Below, piece after piece: positions 27,832-38,461 of a stretch of 64,000 bases of DNA. The notes beneath the pieces are model-generated. The model made no database searches. It worked only from the letters and a program-made list of their open reading frames with translations, and was not told the DNA's origin. Origin of the DNA: Oscillospiraceae bacterium (GTDB taxonomy: Bacteria; Bacillota; Clostridia; Oscillospirales; QAMX01); the NCBI GenBank assembly GCA_015067705.1, contig SVLW01000010.1, positions 2,434 through 66,433 on the forward strand, written 5' to 3'. Within the stretch, counting starts at the first letter, position 1. Every line of letters begins with the position of its first letter. A program made the translations under genes and the position numbers.

Positions 27832-28341
27832 TCAATTCTCAAAGAAAAACACGTCTGCGGGCGTGCCGTCGCAGTAGTTGACGGCCTCGTTTGGATAGGC
27901 CTCCACCAGGCGGTACTTCCCGCCGGTGTATTCCGCGATCACCTGATTCCAGAAATACACAGATTCCCGGTTCTTCGGGTGGCGCTTCAGCTGCCATTTG
28001 CCGGGATGGAGATCCAGCACCCGGAAGAATGCCGCCTTTCCATAGCCCTGTCTGCGGTATTTGGGCAGGATGAAGAACTCGGAAATGGCATAATCCATGG
28101 GTTCCTCCGGCACTTCGGGATAATTGCTTACCATCACAAGTCCCGCCAGTTTTCCGTCCACCCGGATGAGATAGGCATGGCGGGGCTCTTCGGCAAAATA
28201 GTAGTCCAGCCATTCATAGCCGTAAAGGCCGTCTTCGTCCACGTCCAGTTGTTCCCACTGAGAGAACTCGCAGAGATATTTTTCCAGCAGGTTCCGGAGC
28301 ACAGTCTCCTGCTCCCGCCCCGCCTCGATCAGCTCCAACAT
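27832..28341 (-). CDS. GNAT family N-acetyltransferase
   Basis: Acetyl-CoA motif 'ILPKYRRQGYGKAA', 169 aa. The hairpin AATCGCCGTCCCGCGGGACGGCGATT lies downstream. Confidence 0.8.
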   Translation of the reverse strand: MLELIEAGREQETVLRNLLEKYLCEFSQWEQLDVDEDGLYGYEWLDYYFAEEPRHAYLIRVDGKLAGLVMVSNYPEVPEEPMDYAISEFFILPKYRRQGYGKAAFFRVLDLHPGKWQLKRHPKNRESVYFWNQVIAEYTGGKYRLVEAYPNEAVNYCDGTPADVFFFEN

Positions 28342-28347
28342 GGGGGT

Positions 28348-28686
28348 TCACTCCTTCATTCCCATATATTTCAATCTACTTTCTATAGCACCTTTCGTTC
28401 TCCCGTGCGCCTTGGCAATATCAGAAATCTTCATTCTCTTCTGAAACTCATCTTTCAAGTGCGTTTCTTCCTCGACAGTCCAAGGATTTCCAGCGTTCTG
28501 CAATCCATCTCTTGACATGGAATGTACTGCTTTAGAATCCGTTTGCACCGCTTCCAACAGCGTATACAGTGCACGGATCACGTCAGGTGATTCTAAAACA
28601 CTTTCCTTTGGCAGCAGTTCTCCCGTAGTAGGGTCCACGCCGCTTGCAAGTGTGTGTACAATCTCTTTTGCCCGGGTAATATCCAT
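28348..28686 (-). CDS. Hypothetical protein with a C-terminal Myb/SANT-like HTH
   Basis: 'NAGNPWTVEEETHLKDEF...ISDIAKAHGRTKGAIESRLKYMG' pattern. The start was set at the ATG at 28686, which has an SD. Confidence 0.55.
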   Translation of the reverse strand: MDITRAKEIVHTLASGVDPTTGELLPKESVLESPDVIRALYTLLEAVQTDSKAVHSMSRDGLQNAGNPWTVEEETHLKDEFQKRMKISDIAKAHGRTKGAIESRLKYMGMKE

Positions 28687-28753
28687 ATGCCAGACCTCCT
28701 CTCCAAAGAAAAAGCAGGCGATTCCCGGAGAAATCGCCTGCGATGCGGTCAAT

Positions 28754-30439
28754 TTATGCCAGAATCGGCTTCATGGCCTCGGCCAGGACATTCTTCTGAG
28801 CCTCGGCCTCGGCGAGATCCTTACCAAGCGTGGTGTAATAGATCTTGATCTTGGGCTCCGTGCCGGAGGGACGGGCGATGACGGTGGCGCCGCCATCCAG
28901 ACCATAAACCAGCACGTTCGCGGCGGGCAGACCGGTCTCCTCGGTCTTCTGATAATCGGTGACCTTCACGACCTTGTATCCGCCGATCTCTGCGGGAGGA
29001 TTCTTCCGCAGGTCAGACATGATGCCGGCCATCTTGTCCATACCGGACAGGCCCGGGAACTCAAAGGAATCCACCTTATTCAGGTAACGGCCGTACTTAG
29101 CGTAAATAGCCTCCAGGCGCTCCTTCACGGAAGAGCCGATGGAACGGTAATAGGCCGCCATTTCACAGATCAGCATGGAGCCGATGATGGCATCCTTATC
29201 CCGGACATAGGGGCCGGCCAGATAGCCATAGGACTCCTCAAAGCCCAGGATGAAGCGCTCCACCTCGCCTGCTGCCTCGAGACGGGCGATCTGGTCGCCG
29301 ATCCACTTGAAGCCGGTGAGGACGTTACGCATCTCAACGCCGTAGTTGGCGGCGACCGCGTCGGCCAGAGGCGTGGAGACCAGGCTCTTCACGGCCACGG
29401 GATTCTTTGGCATGGTGCCCTTTTCGATGCGGCCCTCGCAGATGTAGTCCAGCAGCAGCACGCCCACTTCGTTGCCGGACACCAGCTCATAGGAGCCGTC
29501 CGGGCACTTCATGGCGATGCCCACGCGGTCGGCATCCGGGTCGGTGGCCAGCATCAGGTCTGCGCCGGTCTTCTTGGCCAGCTCCAGACCCAGGCGCAGT
29601 GCCTCGAAAATCTCGGGGTTCGGATAGGGGCAGGTGGGGAAATTGCCGTCCGGATACTGCTGTTCCGGCACGATGGTGATATCGTCGATGCCGATATCAC
29701 GGAGAATCCGCATAACGGGCACCAGGCCGGAACCGTTCAGCGGAGAATACACCAGCTTCAGGCCCGCGGTCTTGCAGAGACCGGGACGGACAGAGCAAGC
29801 CTTGATGGCGTCGTAAAGTGCTTCCTTGCACTCGTCGCCTACATATTCGATGAGACCCTGTGCCACGCCCTCCTCGAAGGAGATGAGCTTGGCGCCGGTG
29901 AGGATGTCGGTGTTCTGGATCTCGGCATAGACCACGGCGGCGGCGTCATCGGTCATCTGGCAGCCATCGGGGCCATAGGCCTTATAGCCGTTATACTTGG
30001 CGGGATTGTGGGAGGCCGTGATCATGACGCCGGCATTGGCGCCATAGAAACGGGTGGCGAAGGACAGCGCGGGAACAGGCATCAGCGCGTCATAAATGCG
30101 AACCTTAATGCCGTTGGCCGCCAGCACACGGGCGGTCTCTTTGGCAAACACGTCGGCATTGATGCGGCTGTCGTAGGAAACAGCCACCAGCTGGTTTCCG
30201 CCCTGGGTCTTGACCCAGTTGGCAAGGCCCTGGGTGGCCTGGCGCACCACATAGATATTCATCCGGTTGGTACCGGCGCCCAGCACGCCGCGCAGACCCG
30301 CCGTGCCGAATTTCAGTGCAACCGCGAAACGATCCTTGATTTCTTCTTCCTGGCCTTCGATGGCCTGCAGTTCGGCGGTGAGCGCCGCATCCTCCAGATC
30401 GGCAGCCAGCCAGCGCTTGTAGTCGTCCATGTACATCAT
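28754..30439 (-). CDS. Phosphoglucomutase/phosphomannomutase family phospho-sugar mutase
   Basis: Phosphoserine loop 'ITASHNPAKYNGYK', Mg loop 'TDPDADR', sugar loop 'GFEESYG'. Confidence 0.9.
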   Translation of the reverse strand: MMYMDDYKRWLAADLEDAALTAELQAIEGQEEEIKDRFAVALKFGTAGLRGVLGAGTNRMNIYVVRQATQGLANWVKTQGGNQLVAVSYDSRINADVFAKETARVLAANGIKVRIYDALMPVPALSFATRFYGANAGVMITASHNPAKYNGYKAYGPDGCQMTDDAAAVVYAEIQNTDILTGAKLISFEEGVAQGLIEYVGDECKEALYDAIKACSVRPGLCKTAGLKLVYSPLNGSGLVPVMRILRDIGIDDITIVPEQQYPDGNFPTCPYPNPEIFEALRLGLELAKKTGADLMLATDPDADRVGIAMKCPDGSYELVSGNEVGVLLLDYICEGRIEKGTMPKNPVAVKSLVSTPLADAVAANYGVEMRNVLTGFKWIGDQIARLEAAGEVERFILGFEESYGYLAGPYVRDKDAIIGSMLICEMAAYYRSIGSSVKERLEAIYAKYGRYLNKVDSFEFPGLSGMDKMAGIMSDLRKNPPAEIGGYKVVKVTDYQKTEETGLPAANVLVYGLDGGATVIARPSGTEPKIKIYYTTLGKDLAEAEAQKNVLAEAMKPILA

Positions 30440-30709
30440 ATCACCTTAACTCCTTGTATGTATTTGAGAAACCTATGCAATCCGTATAATAATACTATAT
30501 TCGATTGCGGGAATCTTGTCAATATTTATCAGAAGAAACCACGCTTCTTTTTTACAAAAAACGCCCTTTCCGGGCGCCTCGGCATTTTCCCGGGAAATGG
30601 GAGAGAAATTTTCCGAAAATTTGACGGTTTTTGAAAATTGAAAAGAAGATTTATTTGTGATATAGTATTTTTATTCACTTCAAGCTGATTCTTAACCGAG
30701 GTGGTTTTC

Positions 30710-31432
30710 ATGTCTGAAATACGCCGTTCTTATCTGATCCGTCTGGTTCTGCGCTGTGTGATCCTTTTGTGCTGCGTCGGCCTGCTGCTGTTCCGGCCGG
30801 AGCAGTTTTCCGTGCTGGAACGGGGAGAATTTTTCTCGCGCTTCTCGCTGCTGCATCTTTTGTGGGGTGTCTGGCTCGCCGATATGATCCTGCAGATCTT
30901 CCCCATTCGGAACAAGCTCCCGCTTGGTTCCATGAAGCTCTTTGCCAATCGCTTCCGCCCCATCCGGGAGAAAATCAATTACCAGGCCCTGCATGATCAT
31001 GTGGTGACCACCACCAAGGCCGCGTACCAGGTGATGCTTCTCTGGTGTGCGCTGCTCCTTGTGATCGGGGTGCTCTATTGGCTCGGCGTGCTGACAAAGC
31101 CCATGGTATTCCTCTGCTCCGTCATCTTCTATGTGTGCGATCTCATCTGCGTGCTGATCTGGTGTCCCTTCCGGTTGATTCTGAAAAACCGCTGCTGCAC
31201 CACCTGCCGCATTTTTAACTGGGATCATCTCATGATGTTCTCCCCGCTGCTCTTCATCGGCGGGTTTTATGCCCTGTCCCTGGCGGGCACGGCCATTCTG
31301 GCCTGGCTGGTGTGGGAGCTGTGTGTGATGATGTACCCGGAGCGTTTCTGGGACAAATCGAATCTGGCGCTGCAGTGCAGCGAATGTACGGATAGACTCT
31401 GTACGCAATACTGTCAAAAACTGCGTCGATAA
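30710..31432 (+). CDS. Hypothetical polytopic membrane protein with Cys-rich segments
   Basis: Several hydrophobic helices plus 'NRCCTTCRIFNWDH' and 'LQCSECTDRLCTQYC'. SD GAGGTGG precedes the start. A TTGAAA-17 nt-TATAGT promoter lies at about 30632-30660. Confidence 0.6.
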   Translation: MSEIRRSYLIRLVLRCVILLCCVGLLLFRPEQFSVLERGEFFSRFSLLHLLWGVWLADMILQIFPIRNKLPLGSMKLFANRFRPIREKINYQALHDHVVTTTKAAYQVMLLWCALLLVIGVLYWLGVLTKPMVFLCSVIFYVCDLICVLIWCPFRLILKNRCCTTCRIFNWDHLMMFSPLLFIGGFYALSLAGTAILAWLVWELCVMMYPERFWDKSNLALQCSECTDRLCTQYCQKLRR

Positions 31433-31545
31433 CTTCGCCTGCCCTCCCTCCGGAGGGCAGATTCTTTTTTTCCGGTTTTCGTTGCTGAGTTTCCAGATTT
31501 CTGGTATACTGAAGAAAAGATTCCCTGCCCGAAAGGAGCCTTTTT

Positions 31546-32703
31546 ATGGAACTGATCAGATTATCCGCCTGCGATTATGAAGATGCTACCGATTTTCTTA
31601 ATATGGTATTCAGCACCGCACATTGTCCCATGGAATTCCGCAGTATGATTCCGCTGATTTATCAGCCTACGGAGGAAAAAATGCGCTGTAACTTTGCCGT
31701 GCGGGAAAACGGCAAGATTCGTGCCATCGTGGGCCTGTTTCCCGCTGAAATGCAGGTAGGCGACACGGTTTTGAAGTTGGGCGGTATCGGCGGTGTGTCG
31801 TCCCATCCCAACGATCGGGGACGCGGATGGATGAAGGCGCTGATGAACCGCGTAGACGAGGAGATGCTGACAGACGGTACAGACCTTTCCTGGTTGGGCG
31901 GCCTGCGCCAGCGGTATCAATACTATGGTTATGAAAAAACCGGCATTCTGTTATCCTATGAAATTTCTGATACCAATATTCGTCATCACTTTGCAGGACA
32001 GGAGCCGCCGCTGCATTTCGTGCCCATCGGTGAGCACGATCAGAACTATTTGACAGCGGCCAGGGCACTTCATGATGCACAGCCTCTTTACTGCCATCGT
32101 GCACCGGAAGAATTCTATCTCTACTGTTTGTCCGAGAACACCATCCCTTATGCCGCACTGACGGCGGAGGGACAATTTGCCGGTTATCTCTGCGCCAGAG
32201 CCAAGAGCCGCAGCATCACCGAATGCTTCCCGGCAGAGGGTGTGGATGCAGGCGAGATGATCCACAGCTGGATCACCGAACAGCATGCGAAAGAAGTAAC
32301 CGTGCTTCTGGCACCCTGGCAGAAAGCTGCAGCCCGGAGCCTTGCCGCTATCGCAGAAAACTGGTCCCCCATTGATAATGATAACTGGAAAATCTATCAT
32401 TGGGATCGCGTAGTGGGCGCCCTGCTGCGTATAAAAGCCTGGGATACTGTTCTGCCGAACGGCACACTTTCCATCGGCATTCAAGGCTATGGCACACTGG
32501 AAATTTGCATAGAAAACGGTACCGTCCGCTGCGAAATGACAGACGCAGAACCACAGATCAACTGGGACAGTTTTACTGCCATGCGCGTTCTTTTTGGTCA
32601 TGCACCGGCCATTTATTCTGCTGAAATTCCGGAAGAACTGCAGCACACGGTCCATGCATGGTTCCCGCTGCCGCTTTCCTGGCTTGTGCAGAACCACGTG
32701 TAA
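31546..32703 (+). CDS. Eis-like GNAT acetyltransferase with a C-terminal SCP2-like domain
   Basis: About 385 aa with the three-domain Eis-type layout, 'GGIGGVSSHPNDRGRGWMKALM'. Confidence 0.75.
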   Translation: MELIRLSACDYEDATDFLNMVFSTAHCPMEFRSMIPLIYQPTEEKMRCNFAVRENGKIRAIVGLFPAEMQVGDTVLKLGGIGGVSSHPNDRGRGWMKALMNRVDEEMLTDGTDLSWLGGLRQRYQYYGYEKTGILLSYEISDTNIRHHFAGQEPPLHFVPIGEHDQNYLTAARALHDAQPLYCHRAPEEFYLYCLSENTIPYAALTAEGQFAGYLCARAKSRSITECFPAEGVDAGEMIHSWITEQHAKEVTVLLAPWQKAAARSLAAIAENWSPIDNDNWKIYHWDRVVGALLRIKAWDTVLPNGTLSIGIQGYGTLEICIENGTVRCEMTDAEPQINWDSFTAMRVLFGHAPAIYSAEIPEELQHTVHAWFPLPLSWLVQNHV

Positions 32704-32835
32704 ACATAGCTGCGCGATTAAGAAAGATTTCTTCCGCATTCTATTGCAATGAAACCTGTTTTGAGGGATAATAGAAGCAGAAATTTCCAAAACCAAGCTG
32801 TCAATAAAACAGCACAGAATAAAGGAGAACCCATC

Positions 32836-33483
32836 ATGTCTGATATGAATGCACGCATTTCCGCCATCGGCGTTGTGCCGGTGATCAAGCTGAACCATCC
32901 GGAGCGGGACGCCGCGGCGCTGGCCCATGCCCTTTGTCGGGGCGGGATGCCCGTGGCCGAGGTCACCTTCCGTGCCTCCGGCGCGGACACCGCCATCCGG
33001 CTCATGAAAGAGGCCTGCCCGGAGATCATCTGCGGCGCCGGCACCGTCCTCACCACCGAGCAGGTGGATCGCGCCGCCGCTGCCGGTGCGGAGTTCATCG
33101 TCACCCCGGGCTTTGACCCCGAGATCGTGGCCTATTGCCAGAAGAAGGGTCTGCCCATCTATCCCGGCTGCACCACTGCCACGGATTATCATGCCGCACT
33201 GAAGTTCGGTCTGGAGGTTCTGAAGTTCTTCCCGGCGGAGCAGTCCGGCGGCCTTGCCAAGATCAAGGCGCTTTCCGCGCCCTTCCCCATGTTCAAGATC
33301 ATGCCCACCGGCGGCATCAGTCTTAAAAACCTCAAGGACTATCTCTCCTCCCCGGTCATCTGCGCCTGCGGCGGCTCCTATATGGTCACGGCAGACCTCA
33401 TTGACAATCAGAAGTGGGACGAGATCACCGCGCTGTGCGAACAGTCCATTGCAATCGTGAAGGAGGCAAGACAGAATGGCTAA
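32836..33483 (+). CDS. eda: 2-dehydro-3-deoxyphosphogluconate / 4-hydroxy-2-oxoglutarate aldolase
   Basis: 'VVPVIKL', 'EVTFR', 'GAGTVL', 'KFFPAE', 'PTGGI' motifs. The start was set at the ATG at 32836, which has SD AAAGGAG. Confidence 0.87.
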   Translation: MSDMNARISAIGVVPVIKLNHPERDAAALAHALCRGGMPVAEVTFRASGADTAIRLMKEACPEIICGAGTVLTTEQVDRAAAAGAEFIVTPGFDPEIVAYCQKKGLPIYPGCTTATDYHAALKFGLEVLKFFPAEQSGGLAKIKALSAPFPMFKIMPTGGISLKNLKDYLSSPVICACGGSYMVTADLIDNQKWDEITALCEQSIAIVKEARQNG

Positions 33484-34498
33484 AATCGTAACATTTGGCG
33501 AGATCATGCTCCGCCTGGCGCCCAATGGGTATTATCGTTTCTTCCAGAATGACCAGATGCAGGCCACCTTTGGCGGCGGCGAGGCCAATGTGGCCGTGTC
33601 CCTGGCCAATTTCGGCATGGACAGCCGCTATGTGACCAAGCTGCCGAAACACGCCATCGGTCAGGCGGCGGTGGATTCCCTGCGCTATTTCGGCGTGGAT
33701 ACCACGAAGATCGTCCGCGGCGGCGAGCGCGTGGGTATCTATTATCTTGAGAAGGGCGCGTCCCAGCGCGGCAGCGTCTGCATTTATGACCGCGCCCATT
33801 CCGCCATTTCCGAGGCGGCTCCCGCCGACTTTGATTGGAACGCCATCTTCGAGGGCGCCGACTGGTTCCACTTCACCGGCATCACTCCCGCTCTGGGCGG
33901 CAATCTGGTGGAAATCTGCCGCGACGCCTGCATCGCGGCGAAAAAGCACGGTGTGAAGATCTCCTGCGACCTGAACTATCGCGGCAAGCTGTGGACCCGT
34001 GCGGAGGCCCGGGAGGCCATGACCATGCTCTGCCAGTATGTGGACGTTTGCATCTCCAATGAAGAGGACGCCAAGGACGTGTTCGGCATCGAGGCCGAGA
34101 ACACCGACATTTATGGCGGCAAGCTGGATCACGAGGCATATAAGTCCGTTGCCCGCCAGCTCATGGACAAATTCGGCTTTGAAAAGGTGGCTATCACCCT
34201 GAGAAGCTCCATCTCCGCCAATGATAACGACTGGGCCGGTATGCTCTATGATGGCAGCGATTACTGCTTCTCCAAGTCCTATCACCTCCACATTGTGGAT
34301 CGCGTGGGCGGCGGCGACAGCTTTGGCGCGGGCCTCATTTATTCCATCCTCTCCGGCAAGGATAGCCAGGCGGCCATTGAGTTCGCCGTGGCGGCCTCTG
34401 CCCTGAAGCACTCGGTGGAGGGCGACTTCAACCGCGTGTCCGTCTCCGAAGTGGAGAAGCTGGCCGGCGGCGACGCCTCCGGCCGCGTACAGAGATAA
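33476..34498 (+). CDS. kdgK: 2-dehydro-3-deoxygluconokinase (PfkB family)
   Basis: PfkB signatures 'GGGEANVA' and 'DRVGGGDSFGAGLIY'. It overlaps eda by 8 nt. Confidence 0.85.
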   Translation: MAKIVTFGEIMLRLAPNGYYRFFQNDQMQATFGGGEANVAVSLANFGMDSRYVTKLPKHAIGQAAVDSLRYFGVDTTKIVRGGERVGIYYLEKGASQRGSVCIYDRAHSAISEAAPADFDWNAIFEGADWFHFTGITPALGGNLVEICRDACIAAKKHGVKISCDLNYRGKLWTRAEAREAMTMLCQYVDVCISNEEDAKDVFGIEAENTDIYGGKLDHEAYKSVARQLMDKFGFEKVAITLRSSISANDNDWAGMLYDGSDYCFSKSYHLHIVDRVGGGDSFGAGLIYSILSGKDSQAAIEFAVAASALKHSVEGDFNRVSVSEVEKLAGGDASGRVQR

Positions 34499-34512
34499 GC
34501 GACATAATAAGA

Positions 34513-34546
34513 TCCCGGCAGTTTTTGAAACTGCCGGGATTTTTTA
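34513..34546. terminator. Bidirectional intrinsic terminator
   Basis: Stem TCCCGGCAGTTT/AAACTGCCGGGA with a T-run on the plus strand and an A-run upstream. It sits between convergent genes. Confidence 0.75.
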
Positions 34547-35062
34547 TACCGCATAAATTGTGAATGCCTTCGCCACGGCGATATGGGTGCGGACCTCTTT
34601 GGGGAGGGGTGCTTTCCAGGGCAGACCCTTTTGCCGGATTACGTCTGAGGTATAGGCGATGATCTCCTCCGGAAGCGCGGATGCGATGCTTTCAAGGGTT
34701 TGATAGCCCGCGTCATAGTAGAGCTTCGCGCGCACGGCTTTCACGCCGGGCAGGAGGTAGAGTTCCCGAAAAGAGGCGGCCTCGGCCTCGTTCGCGGCGG
34801 CCGTCCCGATTTCCTTGAATTTACCGGGTTTCGCGTCGTACATTACGAGAAAACTGTGGAAAAGTCCCGCAAGTTCCAGACTCGGCAGTCCCATTTCCAA
34901 AAGAGTATCCTCTGAAAGCGCCAGGCAGTCAGATTTCGTGAAGTGCTGATTCTGCAGGAGGTTATGGAGAAGTGATTCTTTATAGGGAATCAGCGGGAAA
35001 TAGCGGGCTGTGATGCAATCTTCCCGCAGCAGGACGGATATTGCTTCGATCCTGTAATCCAT
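34544..35062 (-). CDS. DUF4332-like helix-hairpin-helix domain protein
   Basis: 'LLPGVKAVRAKLYYDAGYQTLESIA' HhH-like repeat. The family assignment is from memory only. Confidence 0.55.
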   Translation of the reverse strand: MDYRIEAISVLLREDCITARYFPLIPYKESLLHNLLQNQHFTKSDCLALSEDTLLEMGLPSLELAGLFHSFLVMYDAKPGKFKEIGTAAANEAEAASFRELYLLPGVKAVRAKLYYDAGYQTLESIASALPEEIIAYTSDVIRQKGLPWKAPLPKEVRTHIAVAKAFTIYAV

Positions 35063-35074
35063 CGGGACTCCTCT

Positions 35075-37336
35075 TTATTTCGTGCCGTCCAATTTCTTCG
35101 GGCGGTACCAGCGGAGGCGCAGGGCGTTTGACACCACGCAGATGGAGCTCATCGCCATGGCGGCGCCGGCCCATACGGGGTTTAAGAGTCCGCCGCCCAG
35201 GGCGTAGAACACACCGGCGGCCGCAGGGATGCAGACCGTGTTATAGGCAAAGGCCCAGAAGAGGTTCTGGCGGATGTTGCGCATGGCGGCGCGGCTGAGC
35301 TGTACTGCGTCATAGACCTGGGCAAGCTCGCCCCGCATCAGCACCACATCCGCCGCATCCACGGCGATATCCGCGGCGCGGCCATGGCCCTCGCCGGACA
35401 CGGCGATGCCGATGTCGGCCTCCGTCAGGGCGGGGGCATCGTTGATACCGTCGCCCACCATGGCGGTGGGGGCGGATTTCCGCAGTTCCGCCACGGTCTC
35501 GGCCTTCTTCCCCGGCAGAACGCCGGCGATCACCCGCTCCTCCGGGATGCCGCAGGCAGCGGCAGCGGCGCGGGCGGCCATGGCATGGTCGCCGGTGAGG
35601 AGATAGCTCTGGATGCCCATGGCGTCCAGACGGCGGATCAGGGCAGCGCTGTCCGGGCGCAGTTCGTCCGCGGCGGCAAAGAGGGCGAAAAGCTGTCCGT
35701 TCCGGGCGGCGTAGACCACGGTTTTGCCCTCCGCGTAGAGGCGGGCCTCATCCGCGGCGGCGACGGCGAGATCAATGCCGCGCTCCGTCATCAGGGAGCG
35801 GGTGCCCGCCAGAAGCGGCGCGCCGTCCACCATGGCCTCCACGCCCCGGCCGGGCAGGGCGGTGAAGTCCGTCACTTCATGGGCGGCATCCGGCGCGGCG
35901 GCGCAGATGGCGCGGCCCACGGGATGCTCCGAGCGGGTTTCCGCCGCGGCGCAGAGGGACAGAGCCTCCGCGGCCTCCATGGAATAGGCAACGGTATCCG
36001 TGAGCACCGGACGGCCCAGGGTCAGGGTGCCGGTTTTATCAAAGACGATGGTGCGGATACCGGCCAGGCGTTCCAGCGCCTCGCCGCTTTTATAAAGCAC
36101 ACCGAGAGATGCGGCGCGGCCGGTGCCGGTCATGACAGAGGCCGGCGTCGCAAGGCCCAAGGCGCAGGGGCAGGCCACCACCAAAACACCGATGGCCACA
36201 TTGATGGCGAAGTCTACGGTCTGCCCGGCGATGAGCCAGAGGAGCAGCGCCAGGGCGGCAATGCCCATGACGGCAGGCACGAAGATCCCGGCGACCTTGT
36301 CCGCCATGCGGGCCACAGGGGCCTGGCGGGTCTGGGCATCCTCCACCAGATGGATGATGCGGGAGAGCACACTCTTCCCTGCCTCGGCGGTGACCCGGGC
36401 GCGGATAGCGCCGTCCATATTCAGACTGCCGCCGATAATCTCGCTGCCGGGGGATTTCTCCACCGGCATACTCTCGCCGGTGAGCATGGATTCGTCGATA
36501 CCGGTGTGTCCCTCCACCACCACGGCATCCGCCGGGACGGATTCACCGGGACGGATGAGGATCTCATCCTCCGGCATGAGCAGGGCGGCGTCCACGTCAT
36601 AGGTCTCCCCGTCCCGCAGTACATGGGCGGTATTGGGGCGCAGCGCCTCCAGCGCCCGGAGGGCGTCGCCGGTGCGGCGCTTGGCCCGCTCCTCCAGATA
36701 ACGCCCCACCATCACCAGCGTGATCACCACCGCGGCGGATTCACAGTAGAGGCGATGGATGTATTCGGAATGCCCCAGCGCAATCATGACCACGGCATAC
36801 ACGCTCTCCAACATGGCGGCGGCGGCGCCCAGCGCCACCAGCGTGTCCATATTGGGACTTTTTGACGCCAACGCTTTATAGCCGCGGATGAAGAAGCCCC
36901 GACCGCACCAGAGCACGACAGACGCCAGAATCAACTGGATCAGGGCGTTTATGATGGGATAAGTATGGAAAAATCCCGGCACCGGCGGCGTGATCCACGG
37001 GATCATATGCCCCAGATTCAGATAAAAGACCGGCGCGGCCGAGGCCACGGAGATCCACAGTCTGCGGCGGGCGGCGCGCTGCTCCGCCTCTTCTTCCGCC
37101 TCGGCCCGGCGGGGATCCACCTGTTCCGGTTCCGCCACGCCATAACCGGCCTTTTCAATCACGGCGCGGATACCGTCGAAATCCAGTGCCGTTTCGTCAT
37201 AGCCCAGTGTCATTTTCCCTGTGAGGAGATTCACCTCACAGCGGCTGACGCCTGCGGTGCGGGACATCACCCGCTGGACGCGGGCGGAGCAGGCGGCGCA
37301 GGTCATGCCGCTGACCAGATAGATGCGTTCTACCAT
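35075..37336 (-). CDS. copA: Copper-translocating P1B-type ATPase
   Basis: HMA domain 'GMTCAACSARV', TM 'CPCALGLATP', phosphorylation site 'DKTGTLT', 'GDGINDAP'. Confidence 0.92.
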   Translation of the reverse strand: MVERIYLVSGMTCAACSARVQRVMSRTAGVSRCEVNLLTGKMTLGYDETALDFDGIRAVIEKAGYGVAEPEQVDPRRAEAEEEAEQRAARRRLWISVASAAPVFYLNLGHMIPWITPPVPGFFHTYPIINALIQLILASVVLWCGRGFFIRGYKALASKSPNMDTLVALGAAAAMLESVYAVVMIALGHSEYIHRLYCESAAVVITLVMVGRYLEERAKRRTGDALRALEALRPNTAHVLRDGETYDVDAALLMPEDEILIRPGESVPADAVVVEGHTGIDESMLTGESMPVEKSPGSEIIGGSLNMDGAIRARVTAEAGKSVLSRIIHLVEDAQTRQAPVARMADKVAGIFVPAVMGIAALALLLWLIAGQTVDFAINVAIGVLVVACPCALGLATPASVMTGTGRAASLGVLYKSGEALERLAGIRTIVFDKTGTLTLGRPVLTDTVAYSMEAAEALSLCAAAETRSEHPVGRAICAAAPDAAHEVTDFTALPGRGVEAMVDGAPLLAGTRSLMTERGIDLAVAAADEARLYAEGKTVVYAARNGQLFALFAAADELRPDSAALIRRLDAMGIQSYLLTGDHAMAARAAAAACGIPEERVIAGVLPGKKAETVAELRKSAPTAMVGDGINDAPALTEADIGIAVSGEGHGRAADIAVDAADVVLMRGELAQVYDAVQLSRAAMRNIRQNLFWAFAYNTVCIPAAAGVFYALGGGLLNPVWAGAAMAMSSICVVSNALRLRWYRPKKLDGTK

Positions 37337-37440
37337 AAGTTACCTTCCTTTTTGCATGAAAACCCAATTACTGACTTATGTCAGATTATCTACGAGGATA
37401 TTATACCAAAAAGGTTAGCATCAGGCAACAGTTATTTGCA

Positions 37441-38406
37441 TCAACCGGCCCGCAGGGTATCCGCCAGAATATTGGCGAAGAGGGCGCCGCTGTAGAGCGC
37501 CTCGCCCAGGGTGTTGCCGCTGCTTCCCACCTCCACGATGAGGGCGCCGGGGGAGACGTGCTGGTTAAAGCGGGAGCTGCGGAGATTGATGGGACGCATG
37601 AGGCCGGGATAGTACCAGTCGGCAGTCTTTTGAATGGCCATGGCAAAGGCAAGATTCTGCTCCCAGTCCTCGTGGGCGAGGCCGCCCTCATCCGTCCCCA
37701 CCACCAGCATTAGCTGTGCCGCGCTGCGGTCTCCCACTACGGTGCGGACGGCGCGGCGGCTGCCGTCCTCCTCCAGGATGGCGTCCCGATGGACGTCCAG
37801 TACCACCTGAATGGAGGGGTATTCCGCCAGGTAAAGCTCAATGGTCTCCAACATCCGGGCATAGGAGCCCGAGTAGGAGGGATAGTCATTGATGGTGCGG
37901 TCGTGGATCACCGCGATCCCCGCCCGCTCCAGCACTTCTTCGATCCGATCCCCCACCGCGGACACGTTATAGCGGGTGTCCAGGGTGCGGTCGTTGTCGT
38001 CGGGGATATAGTAATGGGTCTCGTCCGGGGTATAGGACTCGCTGGAATGAGTGTGGACAATGAGCACCTGCGGCGCATCGTCCGGGGCGGGAGACAGCCG
38101 CACGCCGCCGGCGGGCAGGGCGGCGGGATCGATGAGAAAAGAGGTCTCATTGCGGATCTCCGGGAGATAGGACGGCTGTTCCGGGAGCTCCACCACAGGA
38201 TGCACGGCCTCCGGCTCCGGCTCGGGCTCTACCGTCTGGGATGACGCGGGCGGCGGGGCGCTCTCCGCAGAGACCGGCAGCGCCGGTTCTGTCTGCGGCG
38301 GCCCCTGGCACCGCCATGCACAATAAAGCAGACCGGCACACAGCAGCATCAGCAGCGCGCCGCCGGCGCGCCCTCTGCCGGGGCGGATGCGGCAATATCC
38401 CCTCAT
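37441..38406 (-). CDS. spoIIP: Stage II sporulation protein P (SpoIIP)
   Basis: N-terminal TM segment and amidase-like core 'VLIVHTHSSESY', 'LDVHRDA'. It is adjacent to gpr, as in many spore formers. Confidence 0.8.
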   Translation of the reverse strand: MRGYCRIRPGRGRAGGALLMLLCAGLLYCAWRCQGPPQTEPALPVSAESAPPPASSQTVEPEPEPEAVHPVVELPEQPSYLPEIRNETSFLIDPAALPAGGVRLSPAPDDAPQVLIVHTHSSESYTPDETHYYIPDDNDRTLDTRYNVSAVGDRIEEVLERAGIAVIHDRTINDYPSYSGSYARMLETIELYLAEYPSIQVVLDVHRDAILEEDGSRRAVRTVVGDRSAAQLMLVVGTDEGGLAHEDWEQNLAFAMAIQKTADWYYPGLMRPINLRSSRFNQHVSPGALIVEVGSSGNTLGEALYSGALFANILADTLRAG

Positions 38407-38461
38407 GGTTTCTCCTCCCGTAGAATGGCTTTACCGCCAGTCTATGCGGTGGGGCGGGACG

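Noticed and set aside
28517-30634. 705-aa plus-strand ORF
   Set aside because: It is antisense to the phosphoglucomutase gene, which has clear catalytic motifs. It has no recognisable domains and is a shadow ORF.
37337-37440. CTGAC-TTAT-GTCAG palindrome near the copA promoter as a CsoR/CopY operator
   Set aside because: The 5-bp arms are short and match neither the CopY box (TACAnnTGTA) nor GC-rich CsoR sites. No copper-repressor gene is nearby.
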